Origin: an uncultured delta proteobacterium
GTDB lineage: Bacteria > Desulfobacterota > Binatia > UBA9968
Assembly: GCA_963745835.1 (NCBI GenBank)
Contig: CAVUZH010000003.1
Coordinates: 160,001-224,000, forward strand
DNA: 64,000 nucleotides
Direction of reading: 5' to 3'
Positions 1 through 9,241 of the stretch are shown here, piece after piece. Numbering within the stretch: position 1 is the stretch's first letter; the number at the start of each line of letters is the position of its first letter. The position numbers were made by a program, and so were the translations under genes. The notes beneath the pieces were generated by a model. That model was not told the origin of the DNA, did no database searches, and saw nothing but the letters and a program-made list of their open reading frames with translations.

Positions 1-200
1 CGCTCAGCGATTTACGTGAAGGATTCGCTGATAAAACGCATATCCGCGAACGTTGAAGCTGAGCACCTTAACGGAATCGCTTCCGAAACTAAGACGGTAG
101 TAGATATATGCGCAACAGCGTGCAAGGTGTTTGTGGAGCGCCCCGGACTAATGAATCAAATTTCTGCCGGTTGATCTTGATCCATCTTCTAGAACAGTTC

Positions 201-219
201 CATGTGTAGTTGACACATG
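201..219. promoter_or_regulatory. Palindromic operator candidate CATGTGT-N5-ACACATG overlapping the -35 box
   Basis: Perfect 7-bp inverted repeat (201-207 / 213-219) upstream of an IclR gene. Confidence 0.5.
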
Positions 220-236
220 TTTGTCTTTCCTATAAT
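210..236 (+). promoter_or_regulatory. sigma70-type promoter TTGACA-N15-TATAAT
   Basis: Both hexamers are consensus (210-215, 231-236). The 15-nt spacer is shorter than optimal. Lies ~40 nt upstream of ATG 278. Confidence 0.55.
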
Positions 237-277
237 TCGAAAGTGATTCCGGTCAAAATAGTATTTCAATTATCAAA

Positions 278-1078
278 ATGAACGCTTCAGTAACTAAAGC
301 GATCAATCTCTTAGAGGAATTGAGCCGATCGAGGAAGCCACTCGCGTTAAAGGATCTTGCGCGGAACTTAAACCTGGACAAAGCAACGGCTTATCGCCTT
401 CTGAATTCCTTGCGGCAAAAGGGGTTTGTCCAAAGAATCGACAATCGTGGTTTGTATGGTCTCGGACCGAAGCTGCTAGTGCTTGCCGAGGATTACCGCA
501 GATGCTTTACCATGCGCGATGTAGTTGTGCCTTACCTGGAGCAGCTGGTCGAGGCCACCGGAGAGACGGCAATTTATTGCGAACGATTTCAGTACGACTC
601 CTGTGTGACGATAGAACGCCGTGAAAGCCCTCATCATACGCGCACCGTAATCGAAACCGGAGTTCCACGCCCTCTCTTTGTTGGCTCCTCTGCCTTCGCG
701 ATCTTGGCAGTGCTGCCGCAGGAAGAGATTCTCTCGATACTTAACGTGAAAAACTTTGAGAAGTTCACACCCTTCACGATAACTTCGCCGAAGCAGATAT
801 TGAAAAAGATCGAGGAGATAAAACGGCGCGGCTATGCGGTGAGCATCCAAGAAAGATATTCCTACACGGCGGGTGTCGCTGCTCCGTGTTTCCTTAGCAG
901 AGACCTTGTCGGCAGCATAGCCGTTATAGGACCTGCCGAACGAATCAAAGCAAATGGAATCGAAAGAACCGGGAAGATAGTCAAGAAGTTCGCTGAACGT
1001 CTATCCACTACACTTGGCTATTCCACAGGCACGCAAAGCTCAGACGCGAATGGAAAACGACTGCGGATGGTCAAGTAA
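278..1078 (+). CDS. IclR family transcriptional regulator
   Basis: N-terminal HTH (LKDLARNLNLDKATAYRLLNSL) and IclR effector domain (GYAVS..E...GVAAP). Confidence 0.93.
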   Translation: MNASVTKAINLLEELSRSRKPLALKDLARNLNLDKATAYRLLNSLRQKGFVQRIDNRGLYGLGPKLLVLAEDYRRCFTMRDVVVPYLEQLVEATGETAIYCERFQYDSCVTIERRESPHHTRTVIETGVPRPLFVGSSAFAILAVLPQEEILSILNVKNFEKFTPFTITSPKQILKKIEEIKRRGYAVSIQERYSYTAGVAAPCFLSRDLVGSIAVIGPAERIKANGIERTGKIVKKFAERLSTTLGYSTGTQSSDANGKRLRMVK

Positions 1079-1828
1079 ATGGAACGACTCAAAAATCGTA
1101 TCGCTATAGTTACCGGGGCGGGTCAGGGGATCGGCAGAACGCTGGCGCTCGGGTTGGCTCGCGAAGGCGCGAAGGTGGTCGTTGCCGATATCAATGGAGA
1201 AAACGCCGCATCGGTCAAGAGCGAGGTCGAAGCCTCAGGCGGAACAGCCTTGGTAGCAAGTACCGACGTGTCGAATGAGGACTCCGTACAAACAATGGTC
1301 GATGAGTCGTTAAGAAAGTTCGGCAAGCTCGATATCTTAATCAACAATGCGGGCATCTTCCCGGTAAGCTCGGTAGAGGAAATGAAAGAGGAAGACTGGG
1401 ATCGTGTCATTGGCACCAATCTGATAGGGGCGTTTCTCTGTTCGAGAGCCGTGTCCGGCAAATTTTTACAGCAGGGAAGTGGCAGAATCATCAGCATCAC
1501 TTCGGGACGAGCATTTCAGGGCGCCAAAAATGCCGCTCACTACGCATCTTCAAAGGCCGGCATCATCGGCTTTTCGAAATCCCTGGCATTAGAACTGGCG
1601 CCGCGTCAGATCACGGTGAATGTGATTTGCCCCGGGATCACCGATACGGCGCAACCGCGCGGCCATCAGAGCGAGGAGCAAATTTATGCTCAGGCGCAAA
1701 AAATTCCACTGGGCCGAATCGGCCAGCCGCAAGATCTGGTAGGCACTGCGGTGTTCTTGGCCAGCGATGCCGCCGGCTTTATTACCGGCCAGACGGTGAT
1801 CGTCAATGGCGGCAGCATCATGTGGTAA
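1079..1828 (+). CDS. SDR family NAD(P)-dependent oxidoreductase
   Basis: TGAGQGIG, NNAG and YASSK motifs; starts immediately after the IclR stop. Confidence 0.95.
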   Translation: MERLKNRIAIVTGAGQGIGRTLALGLAREGAKVVVADINGENAASVKSEVEASGGTALVASTDVSNEDSVQTMVDESLRKFGKLDILINNAGIFPVSSVEEMKEEDWDRVIGTNLIGAFLCSRAVSGKFLQQGSGRIISITSGRAFQGAKNAAHYASSKAGIIGFSKSLALELAPRQITVNVICPGITDTAQPRGHQSEEQIYAQAQKIPLGRIGQPQDLVGTAVFLASDAAGFITGQTVIVNGGSIMW

Positions 1829-1861
1829 GTGGAAGGTTTGTTTCGAGGGCGGAGTGAAACC

Positions 1862-2605
1862 ATGGCAAACAAAATTGCAGTAGTGACGGGGGGCGCGGGT
1901 GGAATCGGCCAGGCTGTTGCGGCACGGCTGGCGCAGAGCGGATTCGGCGTCTGCATCGTCGATCAAAACGACAAAGCCGGGCAGGAGTTTGTCGATCAAT
2001 TGCGCAAAGAGAAGTATGAGGCGGAATTCTCTCGAATCGAGCTAAGACGCGCCGCTGAAATCAAAGAAGTATTCGAAACGATCTATACGAAGCACCGGCG
2101 CATCGACGTGCTGGTGAATTTGGCCGGCGGAACAATCCACAAACATCCGATTCATGAGTTTCCGCTTTCGGAGTGGCGCGAAGTGATCGATGTCAATCTG
2201 AAAGCCACGTTTCTCTGTTGTCAGGCCGTAATCAAGCGTATGAAGGAAGCCAAAAGCGGCGCCATTATCAACACATCGTCCAATTTCGGTATAACCGGTA
2301 GCGCCGGGAGGACCGCTTACTCGGCGGCCAAAGCTGCCATCATTGCTTTTTCTAAATCACTGGCCTTAGAAATGGCGCCTTACGGCGTGCGCGTCAATAC
2401 AATTGCCCCGGGTCTCACCGCAACAGCGCGCGTTTTGGCGGTTCATACCGATGCGGAATGGGCGAAGATGAGCGCCGGCATGCCGCTGGGGCGAGCCGGA
2501 CAGCCGCGAGATATCGCTGAAGGTGTTCATTTTCTGGCCAGCGAGGATAGCGCTTTTATGACGGGTCAGTTGCTCCATGTGAATGGCGGGATGGTTTTTA
2601 ACTGA
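1862..2605 (+). CDS. SDR family oxidoreductase
   Basis: TGGAGGIG and YSAAK motifs; start moved to ATG 1862 (GGAG RBS upstream). Confidence 0.93.
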   Translation: MANKIAVVTGGAGGIGQAVAARLAQSGFGVCIVDQNDKAGQEFVDQLRKEKYEAEFSRIELRRAAEIKEVFETIYTKHRRIDVLVNLAGGTIHKHPIHEFPLSEWREVIDVNLKATFLCCQAVIKRMKEAKSGAIINTSSNFGITGSAGRTAYSAAKAAIIAFSKSLALEMAPYGVRVNTIAPGLTATARVLAVHTDAEWAKMSAGMPLGRAGQPRDIAEGVHFLASEDSAFMTGQLLHVNGGMVFN

Positions 2606-2655
2606 GATCTGCTTGGCGAATTGCACGGAAGTGGACGCTGGCAAGGCGCAGAGGC

Positions 2656-2744
2656 AGGATAAAGGCTAAAGGACAAAGTGAATGCGGGGCCCGAAAGCGG
2701 TTTCCAAGTTTTTTTTCATCTTTTCGCTTTCATCATTCATCCTT
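2656..2744. repeat. Inverted arrays of degenerate 7-nt repeats (AGGATAA/AGGCTAA/AGGACAA versus TTCATCT/TTCATCA/TTCATCC)
   Basis: 7-nt periodicity on both arms; the arms are roughly complementary and could form a hairpin. Confidence 0.5.
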
Positions 2745-2806
2745 CTGTACGCAAGAATTATTTTTAGCAACTACAGATACGACAATTAGTTTTCGGAGGG
2801 ACAGAA

Positions 2807-3892
2807 ATGGCTGAAGCCTACCGACTCTATGCGGGTACTCAGGCGGGAATGATTTTATTTCGGGGGGTCGCTGATATTTGGACTTCGATGGGCGGTTCGA
2901 GGGAGTTCGAGCCGTACTTCAAAGATCGAGTGGTGGATTCCGTTTATGGGTGTAAAAATTCTCCGGAAATTGTCTTTGCCGGCGTAACCTTTGACGGTTT
3001 GTACCGCACTCAAGATGCCGGCCGGCATTGGCAGCGCACGCTCGAAGGCGATATTCGCTGGGTGACGGTTGACCCTACTGATGATCGCGTCATTTACGCC
3101 GGAACCGAACCGGTTCATCTCTATCGCAGCGAAGACTGGGGCGGTACCTGGGAGGAGCTTAAATCACTTACCGAAATGCCCGCCGAAGTTCAGTACAAAT
3201 GGTATTTTCCGCATCCGCCGCACCAGGGTCACGTGCGCCATATCTATATCGACCCGGAAGATTCGAACTGTATTTACCTGGCCCTCGAACATGGCGGCAT
3301 TGTTAGAAGCTTTGACAGGGGCAAGACCTGGGAGGATGTCAGCGAGGGGCTCGAGTATCCCGATATTCACATGATCGTCAGATCACCGGGCAGCAGAACA
3401 AAATATTTTACTGCAACGTCGCGTGGCTTCTTTCGTGCCGATCCGCCGGAGAAGGGATGGAAACGCGCCGAAAAAGGTATGGAGAGCGACTACTTTCATG
3501 ACGTGATTAATCTGCCCGGCGATCGGCCGGCAATGTTTTTGGCCGCCGGGCATGGCTCGCCGCAGTATTGGGATCGGCCGGGCGGGGTCGACGGCCGCAT
3601 CTATCGCAGCGAAGATGGCGGCGAGACTTGGCGGCAGGTGGGCGCAGGATTGCCGGTGAAGCATACCGCGATGTGCTGGCAGCTTGCGTATAACCCGTAC
3701 AACACCGATTCCATTTTTGCGGCGTTCGGCGATGTCGCGCGCGGTCATACGGCAGGCCCTCCGGGGGAAGGCGCGATCTACGTCACCTACGACCGCGGCG
3801 ATACCTGGGAAGAAGTCGGATTGCAAAAGCGCGGCACGAAGTACTTGAGACCTCCTGCGATTCGCGTGCTTTGGGCTGCTGCCGACGATTGA
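2807..3892 (+). CDS. BNR/Asp-box beta-propeller protein (sialidase-like fold), no signal peptide
   Basis: Five (S/T)xDxGx(T/H)W Asp boxes; GGAGG RBS. Confidence 0.85.
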   Translation: MAEAYRLYAGTQAGMILFRGVADIWTSMGGSREFEPYFKDRVVDSVYGCKNSPEIVFAGVTFDGLYRTQDAGRHWQRTLEGDIRWVTVDPTDDRVIYAGTEPVHLYRSEDWGGTWEELKSLTEMPAEVQYKWYFPHPPHQGHVRHIYIDPEDSNCIYLALEHGGIVRSFDRGKTWEDVSEGLEYPDIHMIVRSPGSRTKYFTATSRGFFRADPPEKGWKRAEKGMESDYFHDVINLPGDRPAMFLAAGHGSPQYWDRPGGVDGRIYRSEDGGETWRQVGAGLPVKHTAMCWQLAYNPYNTDSIFAAFGDVARGHTAGPPGEGAIYVTYDRGDTWEEVGLQKRGTKYLRPPAIRVLWAAADD

Positions 3893-3959
3893 TGGAAGCA
3901 CAACCAGCAGCGGCAGATTCGCCGTCCGCGCTGCGCTGTAGCTAGCCGCGAGATAACAC

Positions 3960-4824
3960 ATGCGACGGTTTGAAATCCTAGAACCAAAATCGATTGCCGA
4001 AGCTTGTAAAATTCTTGCGGCGGAAGAGGACGTCAAGCTCATTGCCGGCGGCACTGCTCTTCTGATCTTGATCAAGCAGGGTATTTTCGTTCCGAAAACT
4101 TTGATCAATTTAAAAAAAATTAGAGACGCCGGAGAAATTACCTACAACTCCAAAGACGGTTTGCGTATCGGCGGTCTCGCGAGCATTTACGACGTTGAAA
4201 GCGCCGCGGCCGTGCGTGAACACTACCCGCTGCTGGCCGAGGCCTGCCATGTGGTTGCCAACATCCGAATCCGTAACATGGCCACCATCGCCGGTAACCT
4301 TGCGCATGCCGACTATCAATCCGACCCTCCGGCGGCATTGGTCGCTTTGGATGCCAGCGTCGAGTTGACGAACCGCAACAGAGTGCGAAGCGTCAAGTTA
4401 GCCGATTTCTTAATCGGGATGTACGAGACCGGTCTGGAGCGGGATGAATTACTCACCGGCCTGCTGGTGCCGCCACCGCCGCCCAGATTCGAAAGGGACT
4501 TACTTAAAGTTTGCCACGCGTTCTTCCGAGGACCGGCCTTGTGCAGGCGTTGCGGCGTTGGTGCAACGCTCGAACGGAACCTGGCAAGCGGCGCGAGTTG
4601 TCGTCGGTGCGGTTTCGCCGGTTCCGGTTATGATCACCGGTGCAGATCTTGTGAACGGCACAGCGATGACATCGGAGTCGATTGAGGAGATCGCCTCGAA
4701 GGCTCAAGCGGCTGTGGATCCCATCGATGATTTGCGCGGTACGGCGGCTTACAAACGTCATCTCGTTAAGGTTTTGGTGCGGCGCGCGTTGACGGCATGT
4801 GTGAACGAGGAAGGGACTCGATGA
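3960..4824 (+). CDS. Xanthine dehydrogenase family FAD-binding (medium) subunit, with one +1 frameshift near 4484
   Basis: AGGT and IRNMATIAGN motifs in ORF 3960-4685. The C-terminus (YLKFATRSSED...DDLRGTAAYKRHL) is in the frame of ORF 4444-4824. Span is 865 nt = 3n+1. Confidence 0.85.
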
Positions 4825-7139
4825 GCAGTGTCGGTTTGGATGTTTTTCGCGCCGATGGTCCTGCAAAAATCAGAGGGGCGGCGCAGTATGCGGCGGACGT
4901 TGAGCTGCCGGGGATGTTGTTCGTAAAGGCGCTGCGCAGCACCTATCCGCATGCGAAAATTTTGCGCGTTGACCCGAGCAAGGCGGAGAAGCTGCCCGGC
5001 GTCGTGGCGGTGTTGACGCGCGACGATTTGAAAGGAAAGAACGGGTTTTTTGGACCTGTTGTGAAAGATCAACCGGTGTTGGCTATCGATCGGGTGCGAT
5101 ATGTCGGCGAGGTAATTGCGGCAGTGGCGGCGGAGGCACGGGATATCGCGGAGGAGGCGCTCGATTTGATTGAAGTCGACTATGAGCCTTTGCCTGCCGT
5201 GTATGATCTCCTCGAGGCGATGAAGCCGGAAGCGCCCGTGCTCCATGCAGATCGAATCAAAGCGCAATCGTTCCCGGCAAAGAGCGGCTTTCGTCTTCAG
5301 GACCGAGGCAATGTGCTTAGCCGATATCACGTGGATGATGGCGATGTTGCTGTCGGTTTTAACGAGTCGGACGAAATTTTTGAGGATGTGTATACATCGC
5401 CGAAAATACAGCACGCGCACATCGAGCCTCATGCGACGGTGGCTTACTGGGAGCCGTCCGGAAAACTGGTCTTGTACACGTCGACGCAAACGCCGTCATC
5501 GATACGAACCCAGCTGGCTGAACTTCTGGGTCTGCCGCAGTCGATGGTGCGAGTCATCGTGCCCTTCGTCGGTGGCGGATATGGCGCCAAGACCCATCCG
5601 CGCTTGGAACCATTGGCCGCGTTGGTTGCGCGCAAGGCGCATCGGCCGGTCCAGTGGGTGTTAACGCGGGAGGAAGTATTTCTTACCGCCCATTGCCAGG
5701 CAGCCGTGGTGAAAATCAAAACCGGAGTCAAGAGGGACGGAACGATTGTCGCGCGACAGGTCGAAGCGGTCTACGACATCGGCGCGTACGCATTGACATC
5801 AACCAACACCGGACGCAACGGCGGCGAAGTATCCGGCGGACCTTATCGGATCAAGCACCAGGATTTGACGACTTACTGTGTTTACACCAATACACCGCCA
5901 ACAGGCCCTTATCGTGGCTTTGGCGTGCCGCAGGTGTGCTGGGCGTATGAATCGCAGATGGATGATATCGCTCGTCGATTGAGCATCGATCCGCTGGAGC
6001 TGCGGCTAAAAAATCTGGTGCGCGAAGGGGATCCGTTTGTGACGGGCCACAATCTGGTCTCCGTCGGAATTTCGGACTGCGCTCGGCGCGCCGCCGAAGC
6101 CATCGGATGGCAGCGGGGCGCCGAGCAAGCTCCTCGCGCGCTCTCGGGCAAAGTACGCGGCAAGGGCATGGCGGTCATGATCAAGACTACCATGACGCCG
6201 TCGAATTCTTCGGCGCTCGTGCGGCTCAACGCCGATGGCTCGGCGGTGTTGCTGACCAGCAGTGTCGAGATCGGTCAGGGGACACTGACGTCGCTCGCGC
6301 AGATCGTCGCCGAGGAATTAGGGCTGTCCTTCGAGCGTGTGAGCGTAACCTTCCCGGACACCGATGTGACGCCGTTCGATCAGTCCACCAGTTCGAGCCG
6401 GACGGTGTTTAGCATGGGCGGGGCGGCGCGGCAGGCGGCGCATCAGATCCGCCAGCAGCTTCTGGACATCGGCGCCAGAGTGCTTGAGGCCAACGTCGAG
6501 GATCTCCAAATGGTCGACGGTTTCTTGGAGGTCAAAGGAGTGCCGGATAAGCGGCGCAGCATCCCGCAACTCTTTCAGGCGCGCTATGGAGCGGCCGTCG
6601 GAAATATGGTCGGCAGTTTCGACAATCAGACGGCAGGCGGGCTGGATCCGACAACCGGAAAAGGAAAAGGTTCGGTGTTCTATTTCCTATCGGCTTGCGC
6701 CGCGGAAATCGAAGTGGACACCGACACGGGAAAGATAACCGTGCAACAAGTTGTATCCGCAGTAGATGCGGGCAAAGCCATCAATCCTCGGCAATGCCAC
6801 ATGCAGAATGAGGGTTCGATGATTATGTCGCTGGGGTCCAGTTTATTTGAAGAGATGGTGTTCGATAACGGCCAGCCGATCAACTCGACGTTCCTAGAAT
6901 ACATGCCGCCGTCGATGGAGGATCATCCCAAGAAGTTTCAGTCGCTACTGGTCGAAACACCGCATCCCGAAGGGCCGTACGGTGCCAAAGGCGTTGGCGA
7001 AGCGGGCCTCGGTCCGATCGAGCCGGCCATCGGCAACGCGCTGGCGAACGCTTTGAACGGAATACGGGTCAAAGATTTACCGCTACGGCCAGATCGAGTT
7101 TTGGCGGCGGTTCAGTCTGCGAAAGAGCATGGCGCATGA
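4821..7139 (+). CDS. Xanthine dehydrogenase family molybdopterin-binding (large) subunit
   Basis: VGGGYGAK, GPYRGFG and AKGVGE motifs; start ATG 4821 overlaps the upstream TGA (ATGA). Confidence 0.93.
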   Translation: MSSVGLDVFRADGPAKIRGAAQYAADVELPGMLFVKALRSTYPHAKILRVDPSKAEKLPGVVAVLTRDDLKGKNGFFGPVVKDQPVLAIDRVRYVGEVIAAVAAEARDIAEEALDLIEVDYEPLPAVYDLLEAMKPEAPVLHADRIKAQSFPAKSGFRLQDRGNVLSRYHVDDGDVAVGFNESDEIFEDVYTSPKIQHAHIEPHATVAYWEPSGKLVLYTSTQTPSSIRTQLAELLGLPQSMVRVIVPFVGGGYGAKTHPRLEPLAALVARKAHRPVQWVLTREEVFLTAHCQAAVVKIKTGVKRDGTIVARQVEAVYDIGAYALTSTNTGRNGGEVSGGPYRIKHQDLTTYCVYTNTPPTGPYRGFGVPQVCWAYESQMDDIARRLSIDPLELRLKNLVREGDPFVTGHNLVSVGISDCARRAAEAIGWQRGAEQAPRALSGKVRGKGMAVMIKTTMTPSNSSALVRLNADGSAVLLTSSVEIGQGTLTSLAQIVAEELGLSFERVSVTFPDTDVTPFDQSTSSSRTVFSMGGAARQAAHQIRQQLLDIGARVLEANVEDLQMVDGFLEVKGVPDKRRSIPQLFQARYGAAVGNMVGSFDNQTAGGLDPTTGKGKGSVFYFLSACAAEIEVDTDTGKITVQQVVSAVDAGKAINPRQCHMQNEGSMIMSLGSSLFEEMVFDNGQPINSTFLEYMPPSMEDHPKKFQSLLVETPHPEGPYGAKGVGEAGLGPIEPAIGNALANALNGIRVKDLPLRPDRVLAAVQSAKEHGA

Positions 7140-7612
7140 AGATCGAAATTTACACAACGGTTAACGGCCGCGAAATGGAAGCCGTGGTGAAGCCGAACCA
7201 GACCGTGCTGGAATGGTTGCGCGATGATTTGCGCCTGCGCGGCAGCGTCGAAGGATGCGGCGTCGGCGTCTGTGGATCCTGCACCGTGCTGGTCGACGGC
7301 CGGCCCGTTAGTTCTTGTTTGATGCTGGCCACCAACATCGAAGGCAAGCAGCTAACGACCATTGAAGGTTTGGCAACAGGAGATGAGCTCGATCCCATCC
7401 AGCAGGCGTTTCTCGACAACCAGGCCTTTCAATGCGGCTACTGCACGCCGGGAATGATTATGGCCATCAAAGGATTGCTGAATAGCAATCCTCGGCCGAC
7501 GGAGGAAGAAGCGCGTGATTACCTGTCGGGAAATATCTGCCGCTGCGGCACGTATTCAGAAGTCCTCGCGGCGGTAAAAAGCTTGTCCGAAGGAAACGGC
7601 AGCAAGCAATAG
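7136..7612 (+). CDS. (2Fe-2S)-binding small subunit of Mo-hydroxylase
   Basis: GCGVGVCGSC, QCGYC and CRC motifs. Confidence 0.95.
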   Translation: MKIEIYTTVNGREMEAVVKPNQTVLEWLRDDLRLRGSVEGCGVGVCGSCTVLVDGRPVSSCLMLATNIEGKQLTTIEGLATGDELDPIQQAFLDNQAFQCGYCTPGMIMAIKGLLNSNPRPTEEEARDYLSGNICRCGTYSEVLAAVKSLSEGNGSKQ

Positions 7613-7631
7613 AGTCGGAGACAAACATCCA

Positions 7632-9014
7632 ATGATCAATGACCTGCGAGAGTTCCTCAATCTTCTGGAAGCAAAGAAAGACCTGGTCCATATCAGTCGG
7701 CCGACTTCGCCGCGCTTCGAGATCGCCGCAGGCATCAGAAAGACATCCGACATCGAGGGGCCGGCATTGCTCTTCGACAATGTCGTCGGCCATTCGATGC
7801 CGGTAGTTGGCGGACTTTATGCGGTTCGACGGCGAGCGGTCTGGGGACTTGAGACCACACCGGATAAGATTCACAGCAAGATCATGGAAGGTCTCAAGAA
7901 CCATATCCCGCCACGTCTGGTGAAAGATGGTGCTTGCAAAGAGGTGATCTTAACCGGGGAAGATGCGGATTTCAGTCGCCTGCCGATCTGTACCCATAAC
8001 AGCAAGGATGCCGGTCCATTTATCACAATCGGCCTCGGTTTTATTCGTCACCCCGACTACGGCAATAATGTTTCGATCAGCCGCATGCAGATTTACGACG
8101 GCAAAACCATGGGATGCCGAAGCGTACCGCCGCAGCACCTGGGCGTTTATTTTCGCGAGTTCGAAGCCAAGGGAAAGGCTATGGAGGTTGCCTTCACCAT
8201 CGGCAACGATCCGTACGTGACTTTATGCTCTCAGGTTTCGGGATCGATCTTCATGGACGAGCTGGAAATCGCCGGAGGATGGAGGGGCGAACCCGTCGAT
8301 GTCGTGCAATGCGAGACCATCGACGTCCAGGTGCCCGCCACCAGCGAGATCGTGCTCGAGGGAGAATTGACTGCCGGCGAGCGCCGCACTGAAGGGCCGT
8401 TCGGCGAGTTTCCAGGTTACTACCAGGCAGTGACCGAACAGCCCGTGTTTAAATTGAAAGCGATTACGCACCGGCGCAATCCCATTTACATTACCGCGCT
8501 CACCGGTCCGCCGACCACCGATAATCACGTGATGAGAGAAATTGTTCTTGAAGCCGTGTTGTATGACCGGATTCGGCAGATCTGCCCTACGGTGCGCGAC
8601 GTCTGCGTCACCAAAGGCGGCGTCAATTTACATGTGGTTGTTTCGATCAAGCCGACCTTTATCGCCCAAGCCCGCGACGTCATGCTGGCTTGTTTTTCAA
8701 CCGAGCGTATTCGACCCAAGCTCGTGACCGTCGTTGATGATGATATCGATCCGCGCGATCCGGTCATGGTGGAATGGGCAATGGCGACGCGCTTTCAAGC
8801 CGACCGCGATCTCATGGTTCTGCCGAGACAGGTCGGCGCGCCTCTGGATCCATCCACACCGGCGCCTCGTCTCGGCGCCATCATGGGCATCGATGCGACC
8901 CGTCCTTATGGTCAAGAATTTCCAGAGGTAGCGGTGGTGCCGGGCGCGGAAGATTTTGTTATTCCCGGCTGGACCGACAGTCGTCGTCGGGAGGTCACAG
9001 CGGGTGGCAGCTGA
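7632..9014 (+). CDS. UbiD family (prFMN-dependent) decarboxylase
   Basis: EGPFGEF, VDDDIDP, WAMATR and GIDATRP motifs. Confidence 0.93.
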   Translation: MINDLREFLNLLEAKKDLVHISRPTSPRFEIAAGIRKTSDIEGPALLFDNVVGHSMPVVGGLYAVRRRAVWGLETTPDKIHSKIMEGLKNHIPPRLVKDGACKEVILTGEDADFSRLPICTHNSKDAGPFITIGLGFIRHPDYGNNVSISRMQIYDGKTMGCRSVPPQHLGVYFREFEAKGKAMEVAFTIGNDPYVTLCSQVSGSIFMDELEIAGGWRGEPVDVVQCETIDVQVPATSEIVLEGELTAGERRTEGPFGEFPGYYQAVTEQPVFKLKAITHRRNPIYITALTGPPTTDNHVMREIVLEAVLYDRIRQICPTVRDVCVTKGGVNLHVVVSIKPTFIAQARDVMLACFSTERIRPKLVTVVDDDIDPRDPVMVEWAMATRFQADRDLMVLPRQVGAPLDPSTPAPRLGAIMGIDATRPYGQEFPEVAVVPGAEDFVIPGWTDSRRREVTAGGS

Positions 9015-9153
9015 AGATCGACAATATCGGCTCTGAAGCGCGCAACTTGAGGTGATATCTCTCTGGCAATCAACGGTTGAACTAGAATAGGCAAAACGTT
9101 CTCATCCTGAGCTCCATGCGCAAAAAAGGTATAGTCACGAAGAGTCGCGCCAG

Positions 9154-9168
9154 TGGCATTGCGGTTGC
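9154..9168 (+). promoter_or_regulatory. Candidate sigma54 (-24/-12) promoter TGGCAT-N5-TTGC
   Basis: Correct GG-N10-GC spacing, ~75 nt upstream of the SBP start at 9242. Confidence 0.45.
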
Positions 9169-9241
9169 CCAGGGTGGAATCGCAGCGCTGTCCGACTCTT
9201 GCGCTGATCGACGTTAGCCGGGAGAAGAAGGAAGAACAGAA

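Noticed and set aside
4470-4500. Programmed ribosomal frameshift in the FAD subunit
   Set aside because: No slippery heptamer or known precedent; similar single-base shifts elsewhere point to sequence error
9063-9073. CTGGCAATCAA also found at ~30133, both upstream of binding-protein genes
   Set aside because: Only two 11-bp copies at different distances from the starts; could be chance
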